Source: an uncultured archaeon
GTDB taxonomy: Archaea > Asgardarchaeota > Lokiarchaeia > Sigyniarchaeales > SOKP01
Reading direction: 5' to 3'
Length of the DNA: 64,000 nucleotides
Assembly (NCBI GenBank): GCA_964583985.1
Contig: CAZOYD010000004.1
Coordinates: 1 to 64,000 of the forward strand
Positions within the stretch are counted from its first letter, which is position 1; the number at the start of each line of letters is the position of its first letter. Below are positions 28,623-39,597 of this stretch, piece after piece. The notes under the pieces are model-generated. The model did not search any database. It was given only the letters and a program-made list of their open reading frames with translations, and was not told the DNA's origin. The position numbers and the translations under genes were made by a program.

Positions 28623-30047
28623 ATGACAAGTAATATTTTTGGAACATCGGGCATCAGGCGCATTTTTCAGAATTATTCCGAAACCGATCTCATGTTCACT
28701 CCTCAAATAGCATTAGAAGTGGGTTTGGCACTCGGAACGTATTTAAAAGGAGGAAATGTGGTTATTGGGAAAGATATTCGGACTTCTGCCTTACCTATTG
28801 AATACGCATTAATTTCAGGATTAGTAAGTACCGGATGCAAAGTAATTACTTTAGGAATAGTAACAACCCCTACATTAGCCATATCTTTGCGATATCTCAA
28901 GGGTGATGCTGGTGTAATGATTACCGCGAGTCATAATACCCCAGAATACATTGGTCTCAAATTGTGGAATCCTTCTGGTTTGGGATATTCCCCAGATCAA
29001 GAAGAAGAAATTGAACGAATATTTAACGAAAAGGATTTTGCTAAAACTGAATGGTATGATATCGGTAAGGTTACTCACGTAAATGATATTAATGATACCC
29101 ATATTTTAGATGTTACAAATCGGATATTATTCAATGGGAATAAATTAAACGTAATTGTTGATCCAGGAAACGGAGCTGGATGTGTTATTGTTCCTAAATT
29201 ATTAACAAAATATGATATAAATATTATCACTCTTAACGCTAATATGGATGGCCGTTTTCCTGGACGTCAATCGGAACCTAGTAAAAAAAACTTAGAACAA
29301 ATATCTAATTTTTTGAGAACGTCTAATCAAAATGATATTGGGATTGCATTAGATGGGGATGCTGACAGAGTAATTTTTTTAGATGAAGATGGTAAAATTG
29401 TAGATCCCATTAGATTGTTAGCGTTATTATCAAAGTATTATATTCAAGAGTTTCATGATTCACTAACGAAAGAAAAACTAAAAATAGCGACACCAATTAA
29501 CTCTTCAAGTCTAATTGAGGATGTATTGCACCCAATGGGATGTGAAATTATACGTACTGAAGTGGGCGATATTAAAGTTGCCATAGCATTAGAGGAGAAT
29601 GGAGGTTTTTTAGGTGGGGAAACATCAGGAACTTATATCTGGCCTGATTTTCATTATGGTCCAGATTCAATTATAACAATCGCTAAAGTATTACAAATGG
29701 TTGTTAATACTGGAAAGTCGTTAAATGATCTTTTGATTGATATTCCAGACTATCCATATTATCGTGATCAATTTAAATTAAAGAAGGATATTCCTTTTAA
29801 GGATGAAATCAATGAGAAAATTATCAACATAATGAATGAAACCTTTGATTCTCTAAATAAGACAGTAAAATCAATAAACCAACTTGATGGGTGTAGATTT
29901 GATTTCCAAGATGGTTGGATTTTAATTAGGAGATCGGGTACAAGCCCATATCTCAGAATTTCCGGTGAATCTCGTATAAATATGGAAGAATCAATTAGAA
30001 TTAATAATTTCGCAGAAGACAACATGCGTAAATTAGATTTAATATAA
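28623..30047 (+). CDS. glmM: Phosphohexomutase (phosphoglucosamine mutase GlmM / PMM-PGM)
   Basis: IFGTSGIR, catalytic ITASHN, metal loop DGDADR, GGETSG, IRRSGTSP; lies near glmS. Confidence 0.8.
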   Translation: MTSNIFGTSGIRRIFQNYSETDLMFTPQIALEVGLALGTYLKGGNVVIGKDIRTSALPIEYALISGLVSTGCKVITLGIVTTPTLAISLRYLKGDAGVMITASHNTPEYIGLKLWNPSGLGYSPDQEEEIERIFNEKDFAKTEWYDIGKVTHVNDINDTHILDVTNRILFNGNKLNVIVDPGNGAGCVIVPKLLTKYDINIITLNANMDGRFPGRQSEPSKKNLEQISNFLRTSNQNDIGIALDGDADRVIFLDEDGKIVDPIRLLALLSKYYIQEFHDSLTKEKLKIATPINSSSLIEDVLHPMGCEIIRTEVGDIKVAIALEENGGFLGGETSGTYIWPDFHYGPDSIITIAKVLQMVVNTGKSLNDLLIDIPDYPYYRDQFKLKKDIPFKDEINEKIINIMNETFDSLNKTVKSINQLDGCRFDFQDGWILIRRSGTSPYLRISGESRINMEESIRINNFAEDNMRKLDLI

Positions 30048-30066
30048 TAAGTAAATTTAGTATTCT

Positions 30067-31179
30067 CTATATCCCCGAGACTTTCGAGAGAAATTTAGGG
30101 GTATCACAATTGATACCATTTATCCTTGAAATTTCTAAAGTTAATAGCTGAACTGCTAAAATCATGATTAAAGGTTGTAGATCCATAATTGTATTTGGAA
30201 CTTGGATTCCAAAATCAATAGGAGCAGGTATTTCTTCATTTTGCATTATTTCATAAATTCCAAATACCGTAGCGTTTCGTTCTTTAATCCGGGAAAGTAA
30301 GTTAATTAAATTTATTTTTCTTTTATCTTCTTCATGAGGGATGATAGCTAATATGCAACTCTTTGAATCTGCAAGTGTTATAGGACCATGGGGAAATTCT
30401 GCTGTAGAATATGCTTGACCAAATATTCTAGCTCCTTCCTTTAATTTTAAAGCCGCTTCCATTGCTGTTGCATAATCTGGTCCACTACCCAAAATAAAGC
30501 AAAATTCAGCAAATTTGAAATAATGGGAATTAAATTTGATCTCTTTATGTAGTTTTGGCAAAACAGAATACAACTTATCTGGTATTCTGATTAATTCTAC
30601 CCAGATTTCGTTATATTCTGTGTTTTGAATAGTTCTATTTGCTTTAGCTATTTCCAATGAAAGCATTGATAAAATTGCTAATTCTGTCACATAAGTTTTT
30701 GTAGCTAAAACAGAATTCTCAATACCACATTCCAAAGAAATATTATAATCACATACACTTGCAAGAGTAGCATTTAAATTATTTGTGATACCAATGGTTA
30801 AACATCCAAGAGTTTTAGAAATATTAATAGATTCAATTGTATCTAATGTTTCTCCGCTTTGGGATAAAGCAATAACACAATCTTCCTCACTTAAGATAGG
30901 TTTTATCAGATATTGAAATTCCATGCTATATTCTGTAAACGTGGGGATTTTTGTTATCCGATTGAACATGTATGATATTGCAAAGCCAGCATGATAAGAA
31001 CTACCTGCTCCAATTAAATAAATATGGTGCGTATTTCTTTCGACTATAATCTCGCTTATTTCAGAAATTAATTTTTTTTGATGTATAACCCTTTTTAAAC
31101 ATTCAGGAATTTCAAAGATTTCCTTCTCTGTTTGATTTCCTAATCCATCTTTATTAGTTAGATTATGAATATTATTCAA
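30067..31179 (-). CDS. SIS-domain-only GlmS-isomerase-like protein (possible glucosamine-6-P deaminase)
   Basis: GAGSSY, LSQSGETLD, ATKTY, ALKLKE, HGP, LSKV; no N-terminal Cys glutaminase domain. Confidence 0.85.
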   Translation of the reverse strand: MNNIHNLTNKDGLGNQTEKEIFEIPECLKRVIHQKKLISEISEIIVERNTHHIYLIGAGSSYHAGFAISYMFNRITKIPTFTEYSMEFQYLIKPILSEEDCVIALSQSGETLDTIESINISKTLGCLTIGITNNLNATLASVCDYNISLECGIENSVLATKTYVTELAILSMLSLEIAKANRTIQNTEYNEIWVELIRIPDKLYSVLPKLHKEIKFNSHYFKFAEFCFILGSGPDYATAMEAALKLKEGARIFGQAYSTAEFPHGPITLADSKSCILAIIPHEEDKRKINLINLLSRIKERNATVFGIYEIMQNEEIPAPIDFGIQVPNTIMDLQPLIMILAVQLLTLEISRINGINCDTPKFLSKVSGI

Positions 31180-31360
31180 GATATTGTCTCTCTTTGAATT
31201 CTGGATTTATAATAAGTGGAATATTGAGCAATATTTTAGCAAATTATAATAAATTAATAGTATATATCCAAGATAATCTAAAAATATATAACATAATTTT
31301 TTAACTTATTCAAAGATTTATTCATATAATTACATTTTAATTGGAGAGTAGAGCATACAT

Positions 31361-33217
31361 ATGTGTGGGATTTTTGGAATAGTCACTAATCAAGATATTT
31401 CTATTGGAAAAGTTGTTCTCGATGGAATTAGGAGATTAGAATATCGAGGATATGATTCATGTGGTATTGTGGTCCAATATGATTCTCAATTAATAATTAA
31501 GAAAGATTCCGGGAAAATTGATGAGATTAATAAAAAATTGCATCTTGATGAGTTTCCTGAAGGTTCCAAACTAGCTCTTGCTCATACTAGATGGGCGACA
31601 CACGGACCTCCAACAAAAATTAACAGCCATCCACACTTGGATTGTAAGAATAAAGTTGCTGTTATTCATAATGGAATACTTGAGAATTTTATAGAATTAC
31701 GAGAAGAATTAAAATCTCTAAATCATGTATTCAAATCTGAGACTGATACAGAAATTATTCCACATTTAATTGAAGATCTAATGGATAAAGGATTAGATTT
31801 TAAAAATGCTGTTGTACAAGCAATAAAAAAGTGCAAGGGTGCTTTTGGAATTGCTACATGTCATGCCGATTATCCCGATACGATCATTGTAGTTAGGAGG
31901 GAATCCCCATTAGTCATTGGGATTGATGAAGGAAAAACCACTTATTGTGCATCTGATATCCCTGCATTTTTACCATATACTCGCCATTGTTATATATTAG
32001 ATGATGAAGAAATTGCTATTTTAAAACCAGGAACCGTAGAATTTTATAATTTAAACAATATTGATGACCCCATAATAAAAGAACTACAAAGAATAGAGTG
32101 GAGTATTGATGCTGCAGAAAAAGGAGGATTTGATCACTTCATGTTAAAAGAAATATACGAAGAACCAAAAGCCATGAGGAATACATTGAAAATTTCAGTA
32201 GAATTACTCAAGAAGTTTGCTCAAATATTATGGAGCGCTAAAAATATATTTATAACTGCAGCAGGGACTTCTTTTTATGCGGCTTTAGCTGGAAAACATA
32301 TCATAACACATTTTCTTGACAAATATATCCAAGGTATTGAATGCTCTGAATTTCAAATAGAATTAGGAAATTCTCTCCAAGAAGGAACAGTGATTATTGT
32401 CCTCTCACAATCAGGAGAAACTGTGGATACCATCGAAGCAATTCGTTGGGCTAAGAATAAATTAGGGAAAAAAGTAACTGTAATCGCTATTACGAATGTT
32501 GTAGGATCTTCTATTACACGTTATTCGGATCACGTGATAGTAACTCAAGCAGGACCCGAAATAGGTGTTGCAGCCACAAAAACATATTGTACCCAAGTAC
32601 TAACGCTTGCTCTTGTTGCATTAGAGATTGCTAAACTTCGAAAAATATACTCTTCTGAAGAAATCGAAAAATATTATTACGCTCTTAAAGCCACTCCAAA
32701 TATTATTGAGAACTTTCTTGATACAAATGTAGAACATATTAAAGATATTGTAAATAATCTTGAGCAAAGTCAAAGTTTTTTTTATTTGGCACGAGGAATT
32801 TCAATAGCGACCGCTAAAGAAGGTGGTTTAAAGTTAAAGGAAGTAGCTTGTCGTTTTATTGAAGGATATTCAGCAGCTCATGCAAAACACGGGCCTATCT
32901 CATTAGTCCGAGAAGGATTCCCAATTATTTTTATTGCGCCACCGGATGAAACTTATTCTAGATTAGTAGGAAATGTTATGGAATTTAAAGCACGAGGTGG
33001 CAAGATAATATCGGTAGTCGTAGAAGATGATAAGCAGATCACCAATCTGAGCGATATTACAATAAGAATACCTCAACCTGGGGATAAATACAACAACATT
33101 TTTAGTCCGATCACTTTTACACCTGCATTACAACTTCTCTCTTATTATGCAGCGTTATATCATGGACTTGATCCTGACAAACCATTAAATTTATCGAAGA
33201 CTGTAACGGTTCACTAA
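31361..33217 (+). CDS. glmS: Glutamine--fructose-6-phosphate aminotransferase
   Basis: N-terminal MCGI, LEYRGYDS, AHTRWATHG, HNGI, SQSGET, LKLKE, KHGP, LSKTVTV. Confidence 0.97.
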   Translation: MCGIFGIVTNQDISIGKVVLDGIRRLEYRGYDSCGIVVQYDSQLIIKKDSGKIDEINKKLHLDEFPEGSKLALAHTRWATHGPPTKINSHPHLDCKNKVAVIHNGILENFIELREELKSLNHVFKSETDTEIIPHLIEDLMDKGLDFKNAVVQAIKKCKGAFGIATCHADYPDTIIVVRRESPLVIGIDEGKTTYCASDIPAFLPYTRHCYILDDEEIAILKPGTVEFYNLNNIDDPIIKELQRIEWSIDAAEKGGFDHFMLKEIYEEPKAMRNTLKISVELLKKFAQILWSAKNIFITAAGTSFYAALAGKHIITHFLDKYIQGIECSEFQIELGNSLQEGTVIIVLSQSGETVDTIEAIRWAKNKLGKKVTVIAITNVVGSSITRYSDHVIVTQAGPEIGVAATKTYCTQVLTLALVALEIAKLRKIYSSEEIEKYYYALKATPNIIENFLDTNVEHIKDIVNNLEQSQSFFYLARGISIATAKEGGLKLKEVACRFIEGYSAAHAKHGPISLVREGFPIIFIAPPDETYSRLVGNVMEFKARGGKIISVVVEDDKQITNLSDITIRIPQPGDKYNNIFSPITFTPALQLLSYYAALYHGLDPDKPLNLSKTVTVH

Positions 33218-33221
33218 TAAT

Positions 33222-34718
33222 TTACTTCTGCACCATTTTTACTTGAAATATATGAGATTTCCACGGATTTAATTTAATGAATAGTCCAAATTCATCCAAA
33301 TCTTTACCTAAATATTTGAATTCTTGATCAGTAATGAGATCTTTAAAGCTCCAGTGTGAAAAACCATACTGTTTTCCTTTTATTTTAATATGTGCTTTAG
33401 CAGGAGTAGTGCTGTAATTGACAACTATCAAGAAGTCTTGTTGATCTGCTTCCCAAACATATGAAATGATGTTTTTAAATGAGGTATCCTCAAGATCAAC
33501 AGGATTAACATTACATAGTGACCAGTGAGATTTATGCTTCTCTATGTGTGTAATAATTTCTAATAGTTTATTGTAAAACTCTGATATTTTTAAGTTGGGC
33601 GTTTCTAATGGATATTTTCCTAATTGAACAGGTAATTTTATTTCATTTCCATCCATTTGACCCTCGTATATTAGGAAAGCTCCGGGCAAAGTCATGATTA
33701 TTAACGCGGCAGCGAGTGATGATTCTTCACCAAAAACATTAACTGCTCTTTCTTCGTCATGATTTTCAATATACCTTAATAATTTAGTTTGATATTCCCA
33801 TTCTGCTTGAAGATAGGAAATCACATCTTGAGCCTTATCACTTTTTAGGCGATCATACAATTTCTTATCATAGCAGAAATCAAATCCTTGCTGTTGCAAC
33901 TTCCATTCCATATCCCAATACACTTCAGCAATAAATAAGAAATTAGGAAATTTTTCCTTCACCTTGGGAATCACTTCTATCCAAAAATCAATTTCTGGAA
34001 TGGTTCTAACTTTTTCACTCCATGTTTTACTAAATACTTCATTTGTCATCAACATCGCCATATCACATCTAACACCATCACATTGTTCTGCAATTGATAA
34101 TAATGTATTAATAGCTTTCACACGGGCATCTTTTGAGAACGCATTAATCTGGATAGTATCTATCCATGGTGGAAAATTTGGATCTTTACCATAGGCAAAT
34201 ACTTTTTCTCCAATGGAGAAATATTCATAAGGTTTTGTCATTAGGTCTTGAAGCGTTCCACCAATAAATAAATCTGATTTTTCTAATGTCCATATGTTAT
34301 CAATTGCCATATGATTGGGGACATAATCAAGAATTAATCGAATTCCTCGTTGTTTTAAATCCTCTCGAAAGGATTCCATCGCTTTTTTACCTCCTAAATG
34401 GGAATCAACATGATAATAAAATATAGAATATGGAGAACCAACCACATCTTCCGTACTATAATATCTTAAAGCTTTTCTATACTCCTCCTGTAAACCTTCA
34501 TGATTTATTGCTATTTCCTTTCCTTTTGGACTTCTTTCCCACACTCCCATTGGCCATACCGTGTCAAACTTGCTTAATTTCTTATCAATAATATCGATGG
34601 GTATATTTTCTAAATTAATATCATGTCCGTATTTCTCAGAGAGTTTGTTAAGCCAAGGCCAAGTATTAATCTCGTATATTTTTGGATGTTTAGACCAATT
34701 TAAATTTCTATATGTCAT
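33222..34718 (-). CDS. GH13 alpha-amylase family protein
   Basis: DYVPNH, GVRCDMA, IAEVYW, ENHDE conserved regions I-IV. Confidence 0.92.
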   Translation of the reverse strand: MTYRNLNWSKHPKIYEINTWPWLNKLSEKYGHDINLENIPIDIIDKKLSKFDTVWPMGVWERSPKGKEIAINHEGLQEEYRKALRYYSTEDVVGSPYSIFYYHVDSHLGGKKAMESFREDLKQRGIRLILDYVPNHMAIDNIWTLEKSDLFIGGTLQDLMTKPYEYFSIGEKVFAYGKDPNFPPWIDTIQINAFSKDARVKAINTLLSIAEQCDGVRCDMAMLMTNEVFSKTWSEKVRTIPEIDFWIEVIPKVKEKFPNFLFIAEVYWDMEWKLQQQGFDFCYDKKLYDRLKSDKAQDVISYLQAEWEYQTKLLRYIENHDEERAVNVFGEESSLAAALIIMTLPGAFLIYEGQMDGNEIKLPVQLGKYPLETPNLKISEFYNKLLEIITHIEKHKSHWSLCNVNPVDLEDTSFKNIISYVWEADQQDFLIVVNYSTTPAKAHIKIKGKQYGFSHWSFKDLITDQEFKYLGKDLDEFGLFIKLNPWKSHIFQVKMVQK

Positions 34719-34913
34719 GAATTCGCACTTGTTTTTTTCTAATGATTATTATTTATCTAACTTTCTTAATAAACTGAAGTTACTAACTTCCTCTTTAATT
34801 TTAATTTATGATTTATTCTTATATTAAGATAAGCTCCTAAGTTAAAGAATAAAAAGAATACATATAAATTTCAAAATAATCATAACTATATTAAGAAATT
34901 ATTATGAACACAA

Positions 34914-35495
34914 GTGGTTAAAATGAGTTCTGAAGAAGAAAAGGATGCTTTACGCCAACTTATCATGCTTATATCTGATTTACGTGCTAAAGATGAGGAG
35001 CGATATGAAGCTCATGTTAATTTTATGAACGAAACAATCAAAATGATTAGCGCTATTGAATCTCAAATGAATAAACATTGGTCAACAGTATTGGATTCAT
35101 TAGGAGAATTAAATGAAAACATTAATGATAATTTAGATTCGTTATTGACTGGTATCAATCCAAAAGGACTTCGTGAAACTTCAAAATCACTCCAAGAGAT
35201 AATGGAAACGATGAATCGTAGTGTCCAATCAATGAATTTAGAGAAAGTTCTTAGTGAATTAAAATTCTTGAAAGCTAACACCATTCCTAATGAGATCCCC
35301 ATGACGAGTCAAGTAATCACTGCAACCCAAAAACCTGAAACCATAAGCGCTGGAATCAATTTAAATACTCCTACACCCGTACCTGCAACGCCCCCAGATC
35401 AAAAACCCGAAGTCTATGGTTATGTTCCTAAGAAGAAAAAGAAAGATGATGAAGATGAGCCCCATCTCATGAGACCTTCAGATTTGTTCAAATAA
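34914..35495 (+). CDS. Hypothetical helical protein with Pro/Thr-rich and charged tail (start may be ATG 34923)
   Basis: Amphipathic helices over about 120 aa, TPTPVPATPP linker, KKKKKDDEDE...RPSDLFK tail. Confidence 0.75.
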   Translation: MVKMSSEEEKDALRQLIMLISDLRAKDEERYEAHVNFMNETIKMISAIESQMNKHWSTVLDSLGELNENINDNLDSLLTGINPKGLRETSKSLQEIMETMNRSVQSMNLEKVLSELKFLKANTIPNEIPMTSQVITATQKPETISAGINLNTPTPVPATPPDQKPEVYGYVPKKKKKDDEDEPHLMRPSDLFK

Positions 35496-35532
35496 GTAAT
35501 TTTTAGTTTTTATCTCTTTATATTTTCTTTTC

Positions 35533-36882
35533 TTACTTAAAATTATTCATAAATTTAGTCAGTTCTCCTTTTACTTCATCTAAATCTTCCCCTATCTTTT
35601 TAAATTTTATTACAATTGCAGGGATTCCAATCTCATTGTTAAATTTTTCCATAATAGAATTATAGATGTTCGATATTGAAGGACAACCAGAAACTTGATT
35701 AAAAATTACCCCATCAATTTTTAAATCCTTTGCAGCTTTAATATAAGAGTGAGTTAATGCTTCTTTATCACATCCTAATCCCTTATTTGATGCATCTAAA
35801 AGAAATTTAGCATAAGCTCCTATTGGATCCAGTTTTGACGATACAGGAATTTCTTCTAATAAGCCGAAAATATCCCAGTCCGCATAAATTATGCGCCCTC
35901 CTAAATTATATATCATTTCATGAACCTTGGGATCCCATCCAGAGAATATTGGAGTAAAAAGCAATCGAGGTGTCCCAGATACATCAGTACCAATCTTTTT
36001 TCGAATTCTCTTCCTCATTTCTTTTACCAAATGCCCAATATTATCTAAATATCTTTGAGCATTTGAGTTATAATCTTGAAAGGAAATAGTTAGTAAAGCC
36101 AATATTTCTGCTAAGGTTGCAGGATTGGAAGGATAAAAATCAGAAGCACATATTTCATACAAAATTGTTTTGTAAAATCTTTTTACTTGGTTTCCTATTC
36201 GAAATTGCTTTTTTAAACTTTCTTCAGTAACGATGTTTCCAGTTATATTTTCCAATTGTAAAATTGCTTTTTTTATGTTTTTGACCATTAATTCTAAAGC
36301 TTCATCGGTAGATCCCATTTCTTTTGGGGGGATATCAACCCAAATTTGAGGGGACGAGGTGGAGTTCAGTGATTCTGAAAATGTATTCCATTCTCCACAT
36401 CTCATTGCAAAATTGAGATTCGCATCTATATTTTTTCCTTTTGAGATATGCATTCCATAAAGCGCATTAATACCATAACATAAATCAGATGGTACTCCAT
36501 TTTTAACCCCCAAATCATACATCGCATTATATTTTTGATTAATAGAAGTAATAAGTTCTTCAAGAATTTTATCTACAATTTTAAGAATATCAAACTGCCT
36601 GGCAAGATCCAAGGCTTTTGAGGTCAAATCCCAACCCAATACACTTGTTGCAGAGTTTAATGCTAATAAAAGAGTATTTAATTTGAACGTGTCCATTCTA
36701 ATTGGAAAAACAGGAAGCGCTCCTGCAGCAAAAACGAGATCAGGAAAACCTAAAGCCACGGATATTAATTTTTTTCTTTCACGAGTTTTTTTTCTTTTTA
36801 AATATTCTTTTCCAGTTAAAAAATTATAGGACATTTTTAACACGGATGCAAAACTGATTACATCATCAGCGTAAATGCTCAT
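35533..36882 (-). CDS. 2-hydroxyacyl-CoA dehydratase family subunit (paralog of 36991..38349)
   Basis: SDLCY, MRCGEW, LENITGNIVTEESL, IDGVIF...GC. Confidence 0.85.
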   Translation of the reverse strand: MSIYADDVISFASVLKMSYNFLTGKEYLKRKKTRERKKLISVALGFPDLVFAAGALPVFPIRMDTFKLNTLLLALNSATSVLGWDLTSKALDLARQFDILKIVDKILEELITSINQKYNAMYDLGVKNGVPSDLCYGINALYGMHISKGKNIDANLNFAMRCGEWNTFSESLNSTSSPQIWVDIPPKEMGSTDEALELMVKNIKKAILQLENITGNIVTEESLKKQFRIGNQVKRFYKTILYEICASDFYPSNPATLAEILALLTISFQDYNSNAQRYLDNIGHLVKEMRKRIRKKIGTDVSGTPRLLFTPIFSGWDPKVHEMIYNLGGRIIYADWDIFGLLEEIPVSSKLDPIGAYAKFLLDASNKGLGCDKEALTHSYIKAAKDLKIDGVIFNQVSGCPSISNIYNSIMEKFNNEIGIPAIVIKFKKIGEDLDEVKGELTKFMNNFK

Positions 36883-36990
36883 TATTTGCTAGACTCCAAG
36901 AATATTTTATAATTATCCTTCTTATGATTTATCATTTACTACAATTTGAGAAATGTTCTATATATATATAAAATATCACGATACTTATTT

Positions 36991-38349
36991 CTATTTGAAC
37001 ATTTCCATGAAAGCCCCAAGACGAGTGGTAACTTGCTCAATATTATCTCCTATTCGATTGAAAGTTAATGATATTGATGGAATTTCTAACTCTTTTCTTA
37101 TCTTATCTTTTAAAAGCCTATAACAATTAGACACCGAATGACATCCGAATAATTGATTAAACACTATTCCATCAACTCCTAATTTTTCAGCAACACGAAC
37201 ATAGGAATCGGTTAAAACATTATTATCGCATCCAATTCCATTTTCAGTTGCATTCGTTAGGAAATAAGCATATGCTTCAACAGGATCTGATTTACTTGAA
37301 ATCGGAATATCATCAAGGAAGTGAAGGACGTCCCAATCAACATATAGAGCCCTTCCTCCAAGTTTATATATGATCTCGTGAGTTTTAGGCTCCCAACCGC
37401 CGAACATAGGCGTAACCATAATTTTATGATATTTTGAGACATCCATACCAATTCCCTTTTTAATTCTCTCCCTCATTTCATCAACCATTTGATGTATATT
37501 TTCAGCATACCTCTTAGCATTTGAGTTATAATCTTGAAAACTAATACTAAGCAAGGCTAATATTTCACTAAAAGTGGCAGGATTGCATGGATAAAAATCT
37601 GAAGCTCCAATCTCATAAATTATGGTTTTATAATCCCTGCGAATTTGATTTGATACTTTAAAATGTTCTCTCAATTGATTATCACTGTATGAATTGCCAC
37701 TTATTTTCTCAAGATCGGTTAGAGCATGTCTAATATTATCTTCAAGCAACTCGATGGCATTTCCTATATTTCTTGGAGGAATATCAAGCCAAATTTGTGT
37801 AACATCACTTTTTATACTTTTTAAAGATTCTAAATATTTATTCCATGCGCTACATCTGATGGAATAATTGATGGTAGCACTCACGTTTTTCATTTTTGAA
37901 ACGTGCATTCCAACTAAAGTTTTTAAAGCAAAGCAGAAATCACTCGATATCCCTCTTTCGACTCCAATATCATACATCTCATTATATTTTTCATTTAATG
38001 TTTCTATTACACCTTCGATAATCTCATCAATTACCTTATTGACATCTTCAATCCCCGCGTTTTTTACATATCCTAAAATTTTTGAAACATTATCCCACCC
38101 TAAAATACTTGAAGCTGAACCTAAATAAGAAAGATATTTACTGACTTTGAAAACCTCCATTCGAATGGGAAATACGGGTATGAGATTTGGAAACCCAAAG
38201 AGCAAATCAGAAAAGGGTAATGCAACAGAAATAAGATGTTTTTTTTCTCTTAATTTTTTCCTTTTTAATTCATCTCTACCCGCTATTAGGTTATAGGACA
38301 TCTTTAAAACTGATGAAAATCTGATAATTTCATCTGCATACAAACTCAT
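36991..38349 (-). CDS. 2-hydroxyacyl-CoA dehydratase / benzoyl-CoA reductase family subunit
   Basis: SDFCF, IRCSAW, LEKISG, VDGIVF..LFGCH, QVTTRLGAFMEM. Confidence 0.9.
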   Translation of the reverse strand: MSLYADEIIRFSSVLKMSYNLIAGRDELKRKKLREKKHLISVALPFSDLLFGFPNLIPVFPIRMEVFKVSKYLSYLGSASSILGWDNVSKILGYVKNAGIEDVNKVIDEIIEGVIETLNEKYNEMYDIGVERGISSDFCFALKTLVGMHVSKMKNVSATINYSIRCSAWNKYLESLKSIKSDVTQIWLDIPPRNIGNAIELLEDNIRHALTDLEKISGNSYSDNQLREHFKVSNQIRRDYKTIIYEIGASDFYPCNPATFSEILALLSISFQDYNSNAKRYAENIHQMVDEMRERIKKGIGMDVSKYHKIMVTPMFGGWEPKTHEIIYKLGGRALYVDWDVLHFLDDIPISSKSDPVEAYAYFLTNATENGIGCDNNVLTDSYVRVAEKLGVDGIVFNQLFGCHSVSNCYRLLKDKIRKELEIPSISLTFNRIGDNIEQVTTRLGAFMEMFK

Positions 38350-39488
38350 TATTCTAACATCTCCAAATATGCTTCAATTCGAGTCGATAATTGGCCTCTA
38401 TTGGATCCAGAATAATCTCTTTCTAAATTTAACACTTTAATCCCATCTAATTGTAATTTTTCTTTAAAATATGATGAAAGCATTGAAAAATGATCGCAAA
38501 ATTTAATGATATGATTTATCACCCCTAAGTTTTTACCCGTTTTCTTTTTATAGGAATTATTTATTTTTACAAGTTGTGCAATTTTGTTATCCAAGAAATC
38601 AGGAACGGAATGATCGCTAAGGATGTTCTTTTTATATCTCTGAACGAATAAATCATATGGACTGAGACTTGAATTCAATTCCTCCTTACTAAAAACCTGT
38701 GAAAAGTAGTGATTTCCTATCCACGTATCAAAGAAAACCACATTTCCGCCAGCATCCTCAATCAAATCAACTAAGTAATCACTTATGAATATCGAGCAAC
38801 CAGTTAATATCACATTTTTTAACGTATCCACTTGATGAATTTGTTTATCTCGATTATTTTCTATGAAATCTGTAAGTTTTTTATGATAAGAAGGTCCAAA
38901 CAGCATCGCTTCTTGGATGATGCGTAATTTCTTTGAACCGATTAAATTTAAGGAATTTAATTCGAGTAATTTCTGTTTAAACTTATTAAATTTATTTATA
39001 CTTTCGTATAGTTTATCATCAGTTAGTTTAGATTTTATAATATCTTCAAGTTGTCGCTTGAAATCTTCTAATTCTAATCTGAAATATTTTTCACTATTCT
39101 CATTTTTTGTATAAGTCACATAAAAGTTTAATCGTGGAATATTGAAATATTTTGTAATTATTTCTGACCCACAAATATCAGAAACGCAGTGATTCGATAC
39201 GATAAAGTAGTCGACTAACTCTAAAAATCGATATTTAGAAGGTTTATTCGCAAAAAGACCAATACATGATTGAGTAAAAGCACATGTAGACGGAGGCAAA
39301 TAATCATGGCTAGCATTCATTAACTCCTCATTACCACCAAACATCATTCTTAAGGGAAAAATACCACAAGCATCCATCATCTCTTCAGGAATATTATCAT
39401 GAGCCAAAAATGCAGCAATTTTAACACCACTTTGTTTTTTTTCTCGTAAGAATTGTGAAAAATCAGATAAAAGATTCGGAATATCCAT
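38349..39488 (-). CDS. 2-hydroxyacyl-CoA dehydratase family subunit (beta/BcrC-like)
   Basis: IPEEMMDACGIFP, STCAF, KFCD, LERDY, GQLSTRIEAYLEM. Confidence 0.9.
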   Translation of the reverse strand: MDIPNLLSDFSQFLREKKQSGVKIAAFLAHDNIPEEMMDACGIFPLRMMFGGNEELMNASHDYLPPSTCAFTQSCIGLFANKPSKYRFLELVDYFIVSNHCVSDICGSEIITKYFNIPRLNFYVTYTKNENSEKYFRLELEDFKRQLEDIIKSKLTDDKLYESINKFNKFKQKLLELNSLNLIGSKKLRIIQEAMLFGPSYHKKLTDFIENNRDKQIHQVDTLKNVILTGCSIFISDYLVDLIEDAGGNVVFFDTWIGNHYFSQVFSKEELNSSLSPYDLFVQRYKKNILSDHSVPDFLDNKIAQLVKINNSYKKKTGKNLGVINHIIKFCDHFSMLSSYFKEKLQLDGIKVLNLERDYSGSNRGQLSTRIEAYLEMLE

Positions 39489-39597
39489 CGTTAACTAGCC
39501 ATCTAATTTAAATATTAATCAAGAAAAACTTAATTCTTTATAAAATTTTACCCATCATAAATATAAACAAATGTATTAAAAAAGGTTATAAAAAATC

